From positions 88,208,260 through 88,272,259 of the forward strand of contig NC_058132.1 of assembly GCF_016433145.1 (NCBI RefSeq): a DNA stretch of 64,000 bases, read 5' to 3'. Shown here in pieces: positions 39,638 to 51,956 of the stretch (position 1 is the first letter of the stretch; each line of letters begins with the position of its first letter). Position numbers and translations under genes: made by a program. The notes beneath the pieces are model-generated. The model was not told the DNA's origin. It saw only the letters and a list, made by a program, of their open reading frames with translations, and ran no database searches. Source of the stretch: Gracilinanus agilis (Eukaryota).

Positions 39638-41201
39638 TCTATATGCACTCCTACTCAGGAATACATACCCAGGGTTATGTTGGGTCTCAAAGGAAAGGGG
39701 ACTTGCTAGGAGGGTAGGGCTCTAGGTCTGAAGGAAGGTTGGATAGTTCCTTCTTTAGAAGAATAATCTCCTCCCCAGAATCAGGTTTCAGAAGCCACTT
39801 TTGTAGTGACATTTAAGACCATGTAAGGGTCTGCAGTCCACTTTATCTTCTATCACCCCCCCATCCTACTTATTAGCACCCAAAGCTCTAAAACGTCTCT
39901 GAATTCTCCTCAAACCTGACCCCATTGTTTCTACTGATTACATGGCATTCCTTCCAATTACTCAGGCTCCAACTTACTTATCTTTGTTTTTGTGCTTTCT
40001 TTTCTTTCCCAGTTATCCAACTGGTTACCAACTTCTCTTTGAACCTCTCTCTGCAATACCTCCCCACCCAACCTGCCATGTCATTTCTATTGTCACCACC
40101 CAAGTTCAGGTCCTCAGCCCATCTCTAACAGTTTTCCAGCTGCTCACCCTGCCTCAGATCTATTGTGTCCAATCCATCAGTCACATAAAAGCCAAAATAA
40201 TGTTCTTTTATATTTATTTATGCTATTTATATTCATGTTTATTCTAAATTATATTTATATAAATATATTTGTGCTATTTATATTCATGTTTATTCTATAT
40301 ACACATATATATAGGAAAGCCTAAAAATTTGAGTTGTTTTAAAACTTTAATAGCTTAAAATAAGCCTAATGAGCCTAAATAGTTTAAAACTACAGGAAGA
40401 CTTTTGGAACACCTTGTATGTCCCTATTGTTTCTGTAATAGAATGGAAACTTCTTTCTAGTAGGAATTGTATCATTGCTTTTTCATTCTTTGGACTCACC
40501 AAGGTGCCTGGCTTCTGGCAGACACTTAATAAATGCCTCTGGGCAAGTATATATATATATATATATATATATCATATAAATCTGGGCAAGTCTTTCAACC
40601 TCTCACTGTGCAAGGCAACTCACTAACTCTGAACTTCACAGTAGTAGCTGGTCTTCCTTAGGAGAGGGAGCTCCTTACACCATTTTATTCAGAGATCAGA
40701 ATACTTAGTACTTTTTAGGGTAGCCTATTTTATTTTGGGCAGCTTTTATTGCCAAAAAGTCTTTTCTTGAATTAAATTTAAATCTACCTAGATGCATCTT
40801 TCCCTTTTCCCTTTACTCCTATTATTGCTCTCATTTATGTCCTTTGGAATGTACAGAATCTACTCTCTGTGGAGCTATTTTCACAAGTTGATCCACAGTC
40901 TCATAATTCTCCAGATATAGTGAAAAGAACAGAGAACTATCATCTTCCTCGTTTTATACACAGTTTCTCTTAACAGAGCCTAAAAATCACACCAACTCTT
41001 TTGAGGTTATATTACAATATTGATTTATATTCATCTTGGATTTTATTAATCTTTGGCTATGGGTTGTTGTTTTTAACAAACTGTTACCTAACCAAGATTG
41101 TGAAGTTGATTTTTTTAATGCAAGCATAAACATTTGGTTTTATCTCTATTAATTTGCTATTTTAAAATTTGGCTCATTACTGTCTCAAAATACATGAGAA
41201 A

Positions 41202-41398
41202 GGGCACAGCTGAGTAGCTCAGTGGATTGAGAGTCAGGACCAGAGATGGGAGTTCCTGGAATCAAATCTGGCCTCAAACACTTTTTAGCTGTGTGACCCT
41301 GGGCAAGTCTCTTAACCCCCATTGCCTAGTCCTTACTACTCTTCTGACACAGTATTGATTCTAAGATGGAAGGTAAGAGTTTTATTAAAAACATTTTT
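41202..41398 (+). mobile_element. SINE1_Mdo-like SINE with 13-bp TSD
   Basis: TSD aatacatgagaaa at 41189-41201 and 41399-41411. Confidence 0.88.
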
Positions 41399-41616
41399 AA
41401 TACATGAGAAACTTTTTTAAATGGCTGTTAAAATATAGGTATATAATATCCCAATCATTTTCCCTAGATACCAGCCTAGTAATTCATTCTATAAAGAAAA
41501 TGAGGTTAGTCAAACAAAACCTGTTCATTATAAAGTCCAATTAACTTTCAGTGATCACTATTTCCTTTTTTTTCTGTGTTCACTTACTCTCCCATTAATA
41601 ATATATTCAAAAATAC

Positions 41617-42280
41617 ATACCCTTTGATACAATGATGCCACTGCTGGGTTTGTGCCCCAAAGGAAAAATGTTTGTACAAAAATATTCATAGCTGCTTTCT
41701 TTGTGGTGGCAAAAAATTGGAAAATGAGGGGGTGTCCCTCGATTGGGGAATGGCTGAACAAATTGTGGTATATGATGGTGATGGAATACAATTGTGCTGT
41801 AAAGATTGATGATCTAGAGGCTTTCCATATGAACTGGGAGAACCTCAATAAACTGATGTGAAGTGAAATGAGCAGAACCAGAAGAACATTGTGCACAGAA
41901 AGTAAAACACTGTGGAAAAATCCAGTGTAATAGACGTTGCTACTGGTAGCAATGCAACAAGCCAGGACACTCCTGAAGGACTTATGAGAAAGAACGCTAA
42001 CCACATTGAGAGAAAGAACTATGGGAGTAGAAATGCAAAAGCAAAACATATGACATCACTTATCATTGGTATATATGGGGATGTGATTTACGGTCTAGAC
42101 TTTAAAAAAAATCTCTTCATAGTAAAAATGAATAATATGGAAATAGGTATCAAGTGACAACATTTGTACAACCCAGTGGGATTGCTTGTTGGTTCTGGGA
42201 GCAGTAAAGGAAGAGAGGAAGGAAAAAAACGAATCATGTAAATATGGGGAAATATTCTAAAAAATAAATAAAATTTTAAA
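41617..42280 (+). mobile_element. 5'-truncated L1, 3'UTR portion
   Basis: cctttgatac...tttgtggtggcaaaaaattggaaaatgagggg...acccagtgggattgcttg...gaatcatgtaaatatgg plus an A-rich tail. Confidence 0.88.
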
Positions 42281-42299
42281 AAATACTGCATTCAAGTAT

Positions 42300-42820
42300 A
42301 TTCCTACAGGTGGTCGACTGGGGCTGAAAAAGTGTGTGGTGAGGGGGAGGGACACCGATGAGTGTGGGGTCCTGAGGGATCCTAGCGCCACCCCCAAGCT
42401 TTGGGGAGCATAGATCCACTGATCCTTCAGTCAATCAATCAGTCTGTGTGTCAGGCTCTCCCTGGAGGTACTTTCCAGGCTATGGAGGAGTCAGGGTAGA
42501 GCTGACGGGAAATGGGGGTGGGAATGAGAGGGCGGCTGCACCTCCTTCCTCAAATCCTATATAGCCCCTCCCCCACAATAGCCCTAAGCCCAGGAGCCCG
42601 GGGGAAAAAGACTCCATTTCCCAGAATGCCCTGTCATGACTTCATGGAAGCCGTGGCCCTCCCCCATGGAAGACTATTTCCCAGAATGCCTAGGTTCTGA
42701 AGTTACACAAGCTTTGGCAGTCTCAGCTACTGGCTCTAAAGAGGAAGTCTCCCCACCTTGGGGCTCCACCCCCTGAGGGACTACAGTGTGGCCCAAGGTG
42801 AGATCCCGGAGTCAGAGGGA
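42300..42820 (+). promoter_or_regulatory. GC-rich leader/promoter-like segment of the KRAB-ZNF copy with two ZNF143 (SBS)-type motifs
   Basis: ACTCCATTTCCCAGAATGCC (42611-42630) and ACTATTTCCCAGAATGCC (42673-42690) against the consensus ACTACAnTTCCCAGAATGC. GC and CpG content visibly higher than in the flanks. Confidence 0.6.
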
Positions 42821-43900
42821 ATGGCCCGGGCACCTCGAGGTCCCCCTCCCAGGGGTCAATAATATTCAAGAATGTGGCCATGGACTTCACCCAGAAAGAG
42901 TGGTGCCTATTGGTCCCTTCTCAGAAAGCGCTGTACCAGGAGGTCATGCTGGAGAATGTGCAGAATCTACTCTCTGTGGGGCTTCCGGTTCCTCCAGAAA
43001 GTTTTATCTCCTGTTTTCACCAAGGGGAATCACCATGGCTGCTAGAGCAAAAATGCTTGAGGAACTCCTGCCTAGAGGCAGAGACTGAGTTGTCTGCAAA
43101 GGTGAGCCTTTTTGTGGAAGGATCTAGCCCCCAAGGACGCATGAATGAGGATCCTCATGACTTCCTTTCAAAAGAAATCTGTGACTCTGCTAGCAAGTTG
43201 AATAAAAATCCAAAGAGTGACTGTGAATTTGATGAAACTGCAGAGAAATTCAACCAAAATTCAGTCATAACTCAGAATATGCAATGGACCTCAGGAAATG
43301 ACTATTGTCAGGATAGTGAATATAGGAAATGCTTTTGTGAAGAAGTAGGACTTGTTCAGTCCCATGAGAAACCTGAAATGCCTGTGTATCAAGGTAACAT
43401 AGGAGGAATGGCCTTTGGCTGAAGTTCAGACCATAGACATCCAAATAATAAACGTGTTGAGATGGTTACTGTGAGAGATAAAGATGGGAGACCTTTCAGT
43501 CAGACAGTCAGAACCCCGAGCTTGCTGCACATCAAAGAATCCACACTAGAAAGAAATCTTATGAATATAAACAATGTGGGAAAGGCTTTTAGATAGAAGA
43601 AAGTTCTTGCTAGCCATGAGAACATCCACACTGGATATAAACGGTATAAATGCAAACACTGTGAAAAGACCTTCTCTCATAGGAACAATTTTGTTGCACA
43701 TCAGAACATCCACAGTGATGAGAAACCTTATGAATGTAAACAGTGTGGAAAGGCTTTCATAAAGAGGGAACATCTTGCTGCACATCAAAGTATCCACACT
43801 GGAGAGAAACCTTATGAATGAAAACAGTATGGAAAGGCTTTCATAGAGAGTGACCGTCTTGCAAGAAATCAGAGCAACCACACTGGAGAGAAACTTGTAT
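42821..43900 (+). pseudogene. Intronless KRAB-C2H2 zinc-finger pseudogene (probable retrocopy)
   Basis: ATG at 42821 is one base out of frame with (MAPG)[50 protein letters not shown] (KRAB-A), then KRAB-B-like QGESPWLLE and the spacer, all contiguous. Stop at 43420-43422. About 4-5 fingers follow, two intact ([21 protein letters not shown]; [21 protein letters not shown]) and the others with stops, a frameshift or lost Cys/His. Confidence 0.93.
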
Positions 43901-44156
43901 AGGATAACATCTTGTTTTATTCTACAGAATGCATCAATTAATATTAGCAATCTTTGGCAACTTCCTATAGAAAATTAGTGAAAGTTTGGATCCCTTTAGA
44001 AGGGAGATACTAATTTCTCCTTATGAAAGTAGAGAAATCCTCCTCCCCAGCAGCTTTTTATATATACATGAATATATACCTTCCATTTACTCTTTTCTAA
44101 TGTGGCCAAAACCTTTCCTTTTAAAAAAATTGTGCATTAAGTTGTTAATTTCTGAT

Positions 44157-44710
44157 TGTGTAAAGGAAATCGTGAAGTGGATTGGGTCACAACAATAGAA
44201 TGGCAGCAGGAAAAAGACAGCAGTTGAGTCAAGAAATCAGGAGATGTAGGTCATAGCAAATGTCCCCTGCACTACACCCTGGAGTGCCCCTCTGGGAAGC
44301 CCAGGCAAAATAGAAAGGCACAATTGGCCCTTGTGACTTGATGTGTGAGTGTTAGTGGGAGGAGAAAAAGTTTGATAAACTGAGGGAAGAGCAGATTTCA
44401 CTCTCTTCTCTTTCAGTTTTGTTGCTTGCAGGATTTTCCTGTGAGCATGGCTGGGGAGCCCTAATGGTGGAGACAGCAGAATAGCAAGCTAAATGGAACA
44501 ACCAGGAAAGTAACTTCCATAACTCCTCTTTTCCCCTCTTTTCTGAGGCCCCAAGACACAAAGGGCAGCTACAAGGCCACTGCACACCCTCCACCCTGGT
44601 ATCCCCAGTATTTGCTTTTCTCTCTAGCACTGCCTCTAGTCTTGGGAGATCCTGCTTTCTTGCTTACAACCCCACAAGCCAATACACCAACCACCTACTG
44701 GATAACAGTA
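44157..44710. mobile_element. Possible LTR-like insert
   Basis: Compositionally distinct block starting TG(TG)TAAAGG and ending ...GGATAACA. No TSD found. Confidence 0.35.
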
Positions 44711-45109
44711 AAAATGCAGCAATCTGAAAATAAATACATAAGGTAAAATAAAATGATGAAATTAAACATGAATAAAGAAAACAAAAATTTATAAAACTAA
44801 AGAAAATGGAATAAAATCAAGCTTAAAAAAGTTAAAATAAAGTAAAATAATCAATAAAATCACAAAATTAATTAATTTGGTACTCTAATTAAGTAGTCCA
44901 TCATTTCAAAACTTTATTGCCTTGCATTGGTTTCTTATTTAACCCTAACACCAAAGTCCAGTTTTATTGACTTTTAAATAAACTTAAAGAAAAATAAAAT
45001 AAAGTAAAGTAAGCTTAAAGAAAAAATATTCCTAGAAACTGGGATCAAACTTCCCTAATTTGATCCTTGTTTATAAACTATGGTCATTTTATCATCATGA
45101 AGATCATCA

Positions 45110-45875
45110 CTATCAAGTAAAAATTCAGCATCTTACATTATAGCATCTCTGTTTACCTTGTTTTATTACTGATATTTTTCTGAATTTCTGTATGAAATTT
45201 GGAGTATATATTTCTTGTTACTGCCCCTGTTCTTGGATATTCCCAGGAGACAGCTGTGAATTACTGACTTTTTCTAGACATACCCAAATACACACACACA
45301 CGTATATACGTCTTTATATACATATACATGTGTGTGTGTTTTTCACTTAAAAAATGATCATGTTTTAGTTTGTTTAAGCTTAAAGGCACACTGGAGATTC
45401 TATCTTCACCCAGGAGCTACATGCAAAATGGTGGTAGTATAATAGAGATTTTCTTCTTCCACTAGAAGATTTGAGTTGTTGACCACTAGAGAGTAAAGAC
45501 ATACATATGATGTTGAGATATGGAATTTGTTCTTTTACTCCCCAACATTCAATTCAATTTATTTATAGGTCTCAGAGTAAGTTGAGTAGGAATTAGAGAA
45601 TGGAGGGAAAAAAATCCGAAAACCAGGAAAGTAGTTTTAAGCAAAGTGCTTTGTAAGTCTCAGATTAAAATAAAATCACTTTTCCGTTATGAATACCATC
45701 TCAAGATATTCTCAGTTTTGCCTATCAAGTAAAATTTCAACATCTTACATTAAGATCTCTTTCACCTTGTTTTATTACTGACGTTTGATGAGTTTCCATA
45801 TGAACATCAGAGTGTAATCATTATTGCTGTCCCTATTCTTGGACAGGAGACACCTATGAATGACTGATTCTTTTT
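45110..45875 (+). repeat. Diverged direct repeat pair (~45110-45273 and ~45722-45875)
   Basis: ctatcaagtaaaa.ttca.catcttacatta...accttgttttattactga...ttcttgga..caggagaca occurs twice, about 610 nt apart. Confidence 0.8.
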
Positions 45876-46275
45876 ACACCATGTATGCAAACATATATGT
45901 AATTACATATGCATGTACATATTTTCATGTATACAGATATATTCTAATAATAACAGTGACTATAAATATTATTGTTATTACTATTAATCCTGATAGTAGA
46001 CAGGAAATGGGGGTATGATCTTGACTTAGAGTCGTTAGACTTCTTGGAAGAGATAAACTTCAAGACAGGTCTAAAAGGAGGTCATATCTGGGCAAGAGGA
46101 AAGAATGGATATTCTACACACATAATATGAATGAAAGGGATTGAGACTAAAGGACCTTAATTGACTCACTTCACTGGTGCATCAGGCATATATTGGGGAG
46201 GTAGGGAAGATAACTTTGATGTATGGGAAGATTGGGGAGGTCTTGCTAATTATACTGAAGTATTTGACAATAACA

Positions 46276-46306
46276 TGTCTATTCCTTTCCTTTCCTTAAA
46301 ATGTAG
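46276..46306 (+). promoter_or_regulatory. Splice acceptor of the OR coding exon
   Basis: tctattcctttcctttccttaaaatgtAG (AG at 46305-46306; alternative AG at 46313-46314) just before ATG 46334. Confidence 0.55.
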
Positions 46307-46333
46307 CTGTGTAGTCTGGTCAAAAGTCCCAAC

Positions 46334-47296
46334 ATGGAAAGGTTCCTCAACAATGACTCTGGTTTACCCCCTTTCATACTAACTGGCTTCACAGGATTTG
46401 AGGATTCTCAGCAGTGGATATTCCTACTATTTGGTGCCCTCTATTCTGTTTCCATTGTGGGTAATTGCCTGATCCTTTTCATTGTTAAGGAAGAAGAAAG
46501 TCTTCACCAGCCTATGTACTACTTCCTTGCTGTGTTGTCGGTCAATGACCTTGGTGTGTCACTGTCCACATTGCCCACTGTGATGGCCACCTTCTGCTTC
46601 CATGCCAGAGAGATTGCCTTTGAGGCCTGTATGGCCCAAATGTTCTTTATCCATTTCTTCTCCTGGACAGAGTCAGGAATCCTTCTTGCAATGAGCTTTG
46701 ACCGCTATGTAGCCATCTGTAACCCACTACGGTACTCTACCATTCTCACTGATGCTCGAGTTGCCCAAATGAATCTGGCGGTTGTACTCCGAAGCTTCTT
46801 TATGGTTTTCCCACTTCCCTTCCTCCTGAAGCGTCTACCATTCTGCAAAGCCAACATCTTGTCCCATGCTTACTGCCTTCACCCAGATCTGATCCACCTG
46901 CCCTGTGGGGACAGCACTCCAAACAGCATCTATGGCCTCTGTATTGTGGTTTCTGCTTTTGGTCTGGACTCTGCCCTCATCCTGCTTTCCTATGTGCTCA
47001 TTCTCCGCTCTGTACTAGCAATTGCCTCCCGGGAAGAGCGACTTAAGACACTCAACACGTGTGTGTCCCATATTTGTGCTGTTCTCATTTTTTATGTGCC
47101 TATGGTGGGTGTGTCCATGGCCCATCGCTTTGGAAAGAATTCCCTTCCACATTTAAACACAGTCATGTCCGTCATCTACCTCTTTGTCCCTCCCATGCTC
47201 AATCCTGTTATCTACTCCATCAAAACCAAAGAGATTCGCTGGCGAATCATCAGGATTTTCTCAGCATCAAGTTCTGTTCAGAGAGAGCTAGGATAA
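46334..47296 (+). CDS. Olfactory receptor, class I, OR51 family; paralogue of the 32.8-kb gene (320 aa)
   Basis: Intact ORF with NDS sequon, LHQPMY, MSFDRYVAICNPLRY, KTLNTCVSH and PPMLNPVIY. Confidence 0.95.
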   Translation: MERFLNNDSGLPPFILTGFTGFEDSQQWIFLLFGALYSVSIVGNCLILFIVKEEESLHQPMYYFLAVLSVNDLGVSLSTLPTVMATFCFHAREIAFEACMAQMFFIHFFSWTESGILLAMSFDRYVAICNPLRYSTILTDARVAQMNLAVVLRSFFMVFPLPFLLKRLPFCKANILSHAYCLHPDLIHLPCGDSTPNSIYGLCIVVSAFGLDSALILLSYVLILRSVLAIASREERLKTLNTCVSHICAVLIFYVPMVGVSMAHRFGKNSLPHLNTVMSVIYLFVPPMLNPVIYSIKTKEIRWRIIRIFSASSSVQRELG

Positions 47297-48973
47297 AAAC
47301 CAACTCTCTACCTATTGTGGTTCTTGGTTTAATAAAGAAACATATAAGAAGCCTATCTCCTCCTACTTTCTATATCTACCATTTGGGCAGGGGGCCACTA
47401 GGAGGACAGGAGAACTTAGGTGATGGTTCTGTGATCTCATCTGACTAGACAAGCTTCCTATGGTGAGGTTCACTGAATCACAAACTACAGCACAAAATTC
47501 TGCTCACTTATATGCTTTGTCTAAGTGCCCTTCTCTTCTCAGTAAGATCTGATTTTGAAAGGAAAAATACCCTGAAAAAGGTGCCATTAAGTGAATTGAT
47601 AACTTACACTGTCCCACAGGAACACTGTGAAGATAGGGACTTCACCAAGGACTGGATTCAAATAAATTAAGGATGGGATTAACTGTTGTCATAAAAACAA
47701 AGATATAAGAACTATAAACCAGTTATAAAACAAGCATTAACATGCCAGATGTATTGGTAATTCCATTGTGTTATACATTTTATATGGGGGGAAAGTATAG
47801 TCCAAATATATTATAAATTTATTTATATTTACTTGGCATATATGTTTATGAGCAGCCATAGAGTACAGTGGGTAGAAAACTGGCCTTGGAGCTTGGAAAA
47901 TATGTATGTAAGTCTTATCTATGTCATATGCCAATTTTGTAACCTCTGTGCAAATCTCAGGACTCTGGGTACCTTTGTAAGTCTGGAAATGTCAGAAAGG
48001 ATGCTAATGAATTTTGAGCAATTATTTGATTGGTATGAATATTACTTTTGCTTATGAGTTTTACTGGATGGCCACTTCTAATTCCCAGGTTCAGATTCTT
48101 CTTCTGCAATTTCCCATATTAATATAAGCATAGGTTTAGTGCAAATCCCAATATATTGTATACATTTATATATGTACATATTTTCCCTGTTAAAACTTAA
48201 GCTCCTGAATTGTAAGAGTGAGATTAATTTTTGTCTTTGTAGTCCTGTAATCTAGCACAGTGCTTGGCACATAATAGATACTTTAAAAAAGCTTCTTGAC
48301 TGATCAATTGACTAATATGTGAAATGATCATTTGCTTTTTTATTTTTTTAATTAAACTTATTTTAATACTCTGGAAGTAGCAACTCCGAAGTAAGAGAAA
48401 GGAAGATTATATCTCAATGTAATTAAAAACTTCCTGATATTAAAAAGGTACAGAATTGAACATATTGAGTATGAAGGGTTTCCTTTCATTGGAGAGCATT
48501 GAGTGCATGAGTGAACAAATGAGCAATTATTTTTAAAGTATCAAGTACTTACTATGTATTAGGCACTGTGCTATGGGCTGGGGATATAAATACAAAATAA
48601 AGGCAATACTTGAACTTGAGCTCATGTCCTATTAGGTAGGGATGACACATACAGGGCAGTGGTAGCCAGGGAAGGATAAAGTCAGGGCAACTGCACTGAG
48701 GGGAGCCACTGAACAGATAAACCCTTTCCAGGTGATCTTCAGATGAAAAAAGATTTGAGAATCATTTGGGGGAGGGTAGATATCCAGTAGATCAGGAGTT
48801 CTAAATCTAAGATCTGTGAACTTGCTTTTAAAAAATGATAACTGCATATCAATAAAACTTATTTCTTTTTATTCTTATTTATTTTATATATTAAGTATTA
48901 TACTGTAAAGAGGAATTCTTTTATTCCTTTTTTTAATTTAATGGGGGACCTAGAGGTCCTCTTACCACTGAGA

Positions 48974-49737
48974 TGTGTAGGAATTAACCAACCCAAAGTG
49001 AGAGGAAGTAGGAACTGGGGAGCACCTTGCTGAGCCAGTGTCAGTTGCAGGCTGTCAGTTGCTGACAGTTGGTGAGTCAGTTGCTGACAGTGAGGGCTGG
49101 CAGTTGTGGGGAAGTTGATTGCTGGGTGTGAGTTGCGGGTTGGTTGCTGGTAGTATGGGTTGGTGTTAGTTACTGGAATATAAAGATGGTCCTGAGCTTA
49201 CTGAGAGGGCTTTTGGCTTAAGCCTTTAAAGGGCTTTTTGCCTATAGGATCCCTAGAGAGCAGAAGGTTTGTCTCTGAGGCAAGGATCTGCTGTTAGTTG
49301 GCTACTGATGGTTTGGGCTACTATAGAAAACTAATTGAAGGAGTGAGTGAGTGGTAGGTGCCTATTATTTTAGGGAGTTAGGGAGTTAGTAAATAATTTA
49401 TAGTTAGAGTAGGTTAGATTAGGCCTGGCTTGTACCAGGCAGAAGAAACTGTCCTCAGAAGACACTTAGAGGTAGTATTAAGAAATTTAGGTATACTTAT
49501 ACGGTATAAGATTAGTAATCTCTCTTTCCTCTTTTCTCTCTTTCCCTCCTTTACTATATTCTTTTACTTTACTATCACTATTTCTTTTCTCTGGCTTAAA
49601 GGGATATTAATTTACAACTCTACTATATTCTCATTAAAAATTAAATTATTAAAAGCTGCTCTCTTATTTTGTCAAAACCCCTATATTTACCCTATATGTG
49701 TGTGTGTGTGTATTTCCCCCCCCCCAGAAAAAACCCA
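48974..49737 (+). mobile_element. Solo LTR-like element
   Basis: Starts TGTGTAGGAATT; internal cagttgctgacag repeats; tataaa at ~49178; pyrimidine-rich U5-like end ...aaaaaaccCA. TSD not confirmed. Confidence 0.65.
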
Positions 49738-50602
49738 TAGTGCTTCACCAACTGCAAAAAGGAGAAGAACTCCTGTTGTAGAGAGTATTCTTACTTAGGT
49801 GTGAGTTGAACCCAATGACTTTTGAGGTTCCTTCCAAATCTTAAGGTCTGTGGCTTTACAAGAACAAGGGGGCTTATTCTGAATACAGTCCTTTTGTAAA
49901 TGGAGTTATTTTTTCTCAGAAACCATCATCCATCAATGCCTCAAAATGTGTTTGATTTAAAAAAAATAAAAACAAACATTTCACCAATAAGTTTTTTTCT
50001 ATGTGTAAAGCACTATATGAGGACTGGGGGAGGCAAACATAAAAAACATACTTATTTGCCATTTAAAATTGTATAGACTTTCCATAATCATCCATTCATA
50101 CTGACTAGTTCTGGGAGGGTATAGCTGCTGCTTCAATCAGTAAAAATAAACTTGGATTGATGGCTTTCCCCAGGTAGCAATAGCCACAGTGTTGGACTTT
50201 CTAGGGACCTTTCGATTGATTGAATCATCCTCTAAACTAACAGGTGATAGATCAGCCACAATTCCACCATCATTTTGAACATTTCCTATTACATAGGTAC
50301 ATCTAATCATGTTCTGAAGTCAACAATCAAAAAGTTGGCATGCTTCAGGCTTTTTATTCTCATTTATTTTATTGGAGGATAGGGGAAGAGGAAGATAGAG
50401 GTAGCTCAGCAGTGAAAATAATGTTATTCTTGTAGTTTGTCATCTCCAGGTCTTTATTCCATCTGTGATACATGCTTTTTCTTTCTCTTACAGATCAGAA
50501 TTCTTCCTCTTTTGGAAATTTAAACATTTTCAGCATTTAGTTTAGAAAAAAAGAATTTAAGCATTCCTGTGTTTTGTTTCACCGCAACAGATTGTTCTAA
50601 AC

Positions 50603-50792
50603 CAGTGGTTCCCAAACTTTTTTGGCCTACTGCCCCCTTTCCAGAAAAAATATTACTTAGCCCCCTGGAAATTTATTTTTTAATTTTAATAGCAATTAAT
50701 AGGAAAGATAAATGCACCGTTGGCCATCACTGCCCTCCTGGATCACTGCAGCACCCACCAGGGGGCAGTGGAGCCCACTTTGGGAATCACTG
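50603..50792. mobile_element. hAT (Charlie-type) MITE, 190 bp, perfect 8-bp TSD
   Basis: TIRs CAGTGGTTCCCAAA and TTTGGGAATCACTG (13/14). TSD TTCTAAAC at 50595-50602 and 50793-50800, close to the Charlie NTCTAGAN preference. Confidence 0.93.
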
Positions 50793-51956
50793 TTCTAAAC
50801 AAACCTCTAAACCTATCCCTTTGAAAATGCATTCTTCCACAAACATTTAGATCAAGAACTGTTAACAGAAAGGAACAATGTCATTTAATTTTGATTTTAT
50901 GGTATTAGCATTACTGTATTTGGTTAATTTTGTTGCTTTCTGACTTGACATCAGAAACAAAAAAAAAAACATGTTTGTAGTCATTATGTGAATTATGTGA
51001 AGCTTGTCAAACTTTCTTAAGTTGATCAATTCTATTTTGATGGAAAAATCCTCTCCTCCACTCCAAGGAATTTGACTTCTACATAGTACAATGGCTACAG
51101 AGTTCTAACTTGGATTAGAAAGACTTGAGTTTGAATCCTATCTTAGACTCTGCAACTCTGGACAAATCAATTAACCCCTTTTAGCCTCAATTTCCTCATC
51201 TTTAAAATGGGAATAATACCAGCTCTTACCTCACAGGATTGTTGTGATCAAATGAGATTTGCATATATAAAGGGATTTATAAACCTTAATACACTATTTA
51301 AAGGCTATTCTTTATTGCAATTTAACTAACATTTATTGGGTGCTTCTTAAATACAAAGGACTATGGTAGGTGGAAGTGATCAATGGGGAATGAAGTATGG
51401 AGAATGAGAAAATATAAAGTTGAGATAAGGCCAAGCCATTGATCTCAAGCAACTCTCAATTAGAAGAAGTATAGGGAAAAAACAAGGATGAACTTAAAAT
51501 AAAGAAAAAATGAAGAGAAACCCTTTTGGAAGGCAAAATAATCATTATCTTGGGATAGCATTTTAAGGTTTGCAGCATTCTTAGCGTGTATTATCAGAAT
51601 TTCAACAAACCTTCCAGGTAGTTGACAAAGTTTGTAGTAATCCCATTTCATAGATAAGGCTCAGAAAAGTTGAGGAATTTGTATGTGGTCATAGAGCCAG
51701 GAAGTTCCTTTCCATGGCAAGATTCTCACCCAGTGCATTCCAGATTCATATCTAATGCCATTTGTACATCCAAGGGTTCTTGACTCTAAGGGTTGGTGGA
51801 TACATTTCAGATGGTTCATTAAAATGGATAGAAAAAAATTATTTATTCCAATATAATTGATTTTCTTTATCCAATTATCTATTTAATGAATATTAAAACA
51901 ATTTAATGAATTTTAAAACATCCTGAGAAGGTGTTAACCAAAAGATTAAGAATTCT

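Noticed and set aside
42786-43088. 100-aa ORF overlapping the KRAB region
   Set aside because: Alternative-frame product of the frameshifted KZNF copy, starting at GTG, with no independent support.
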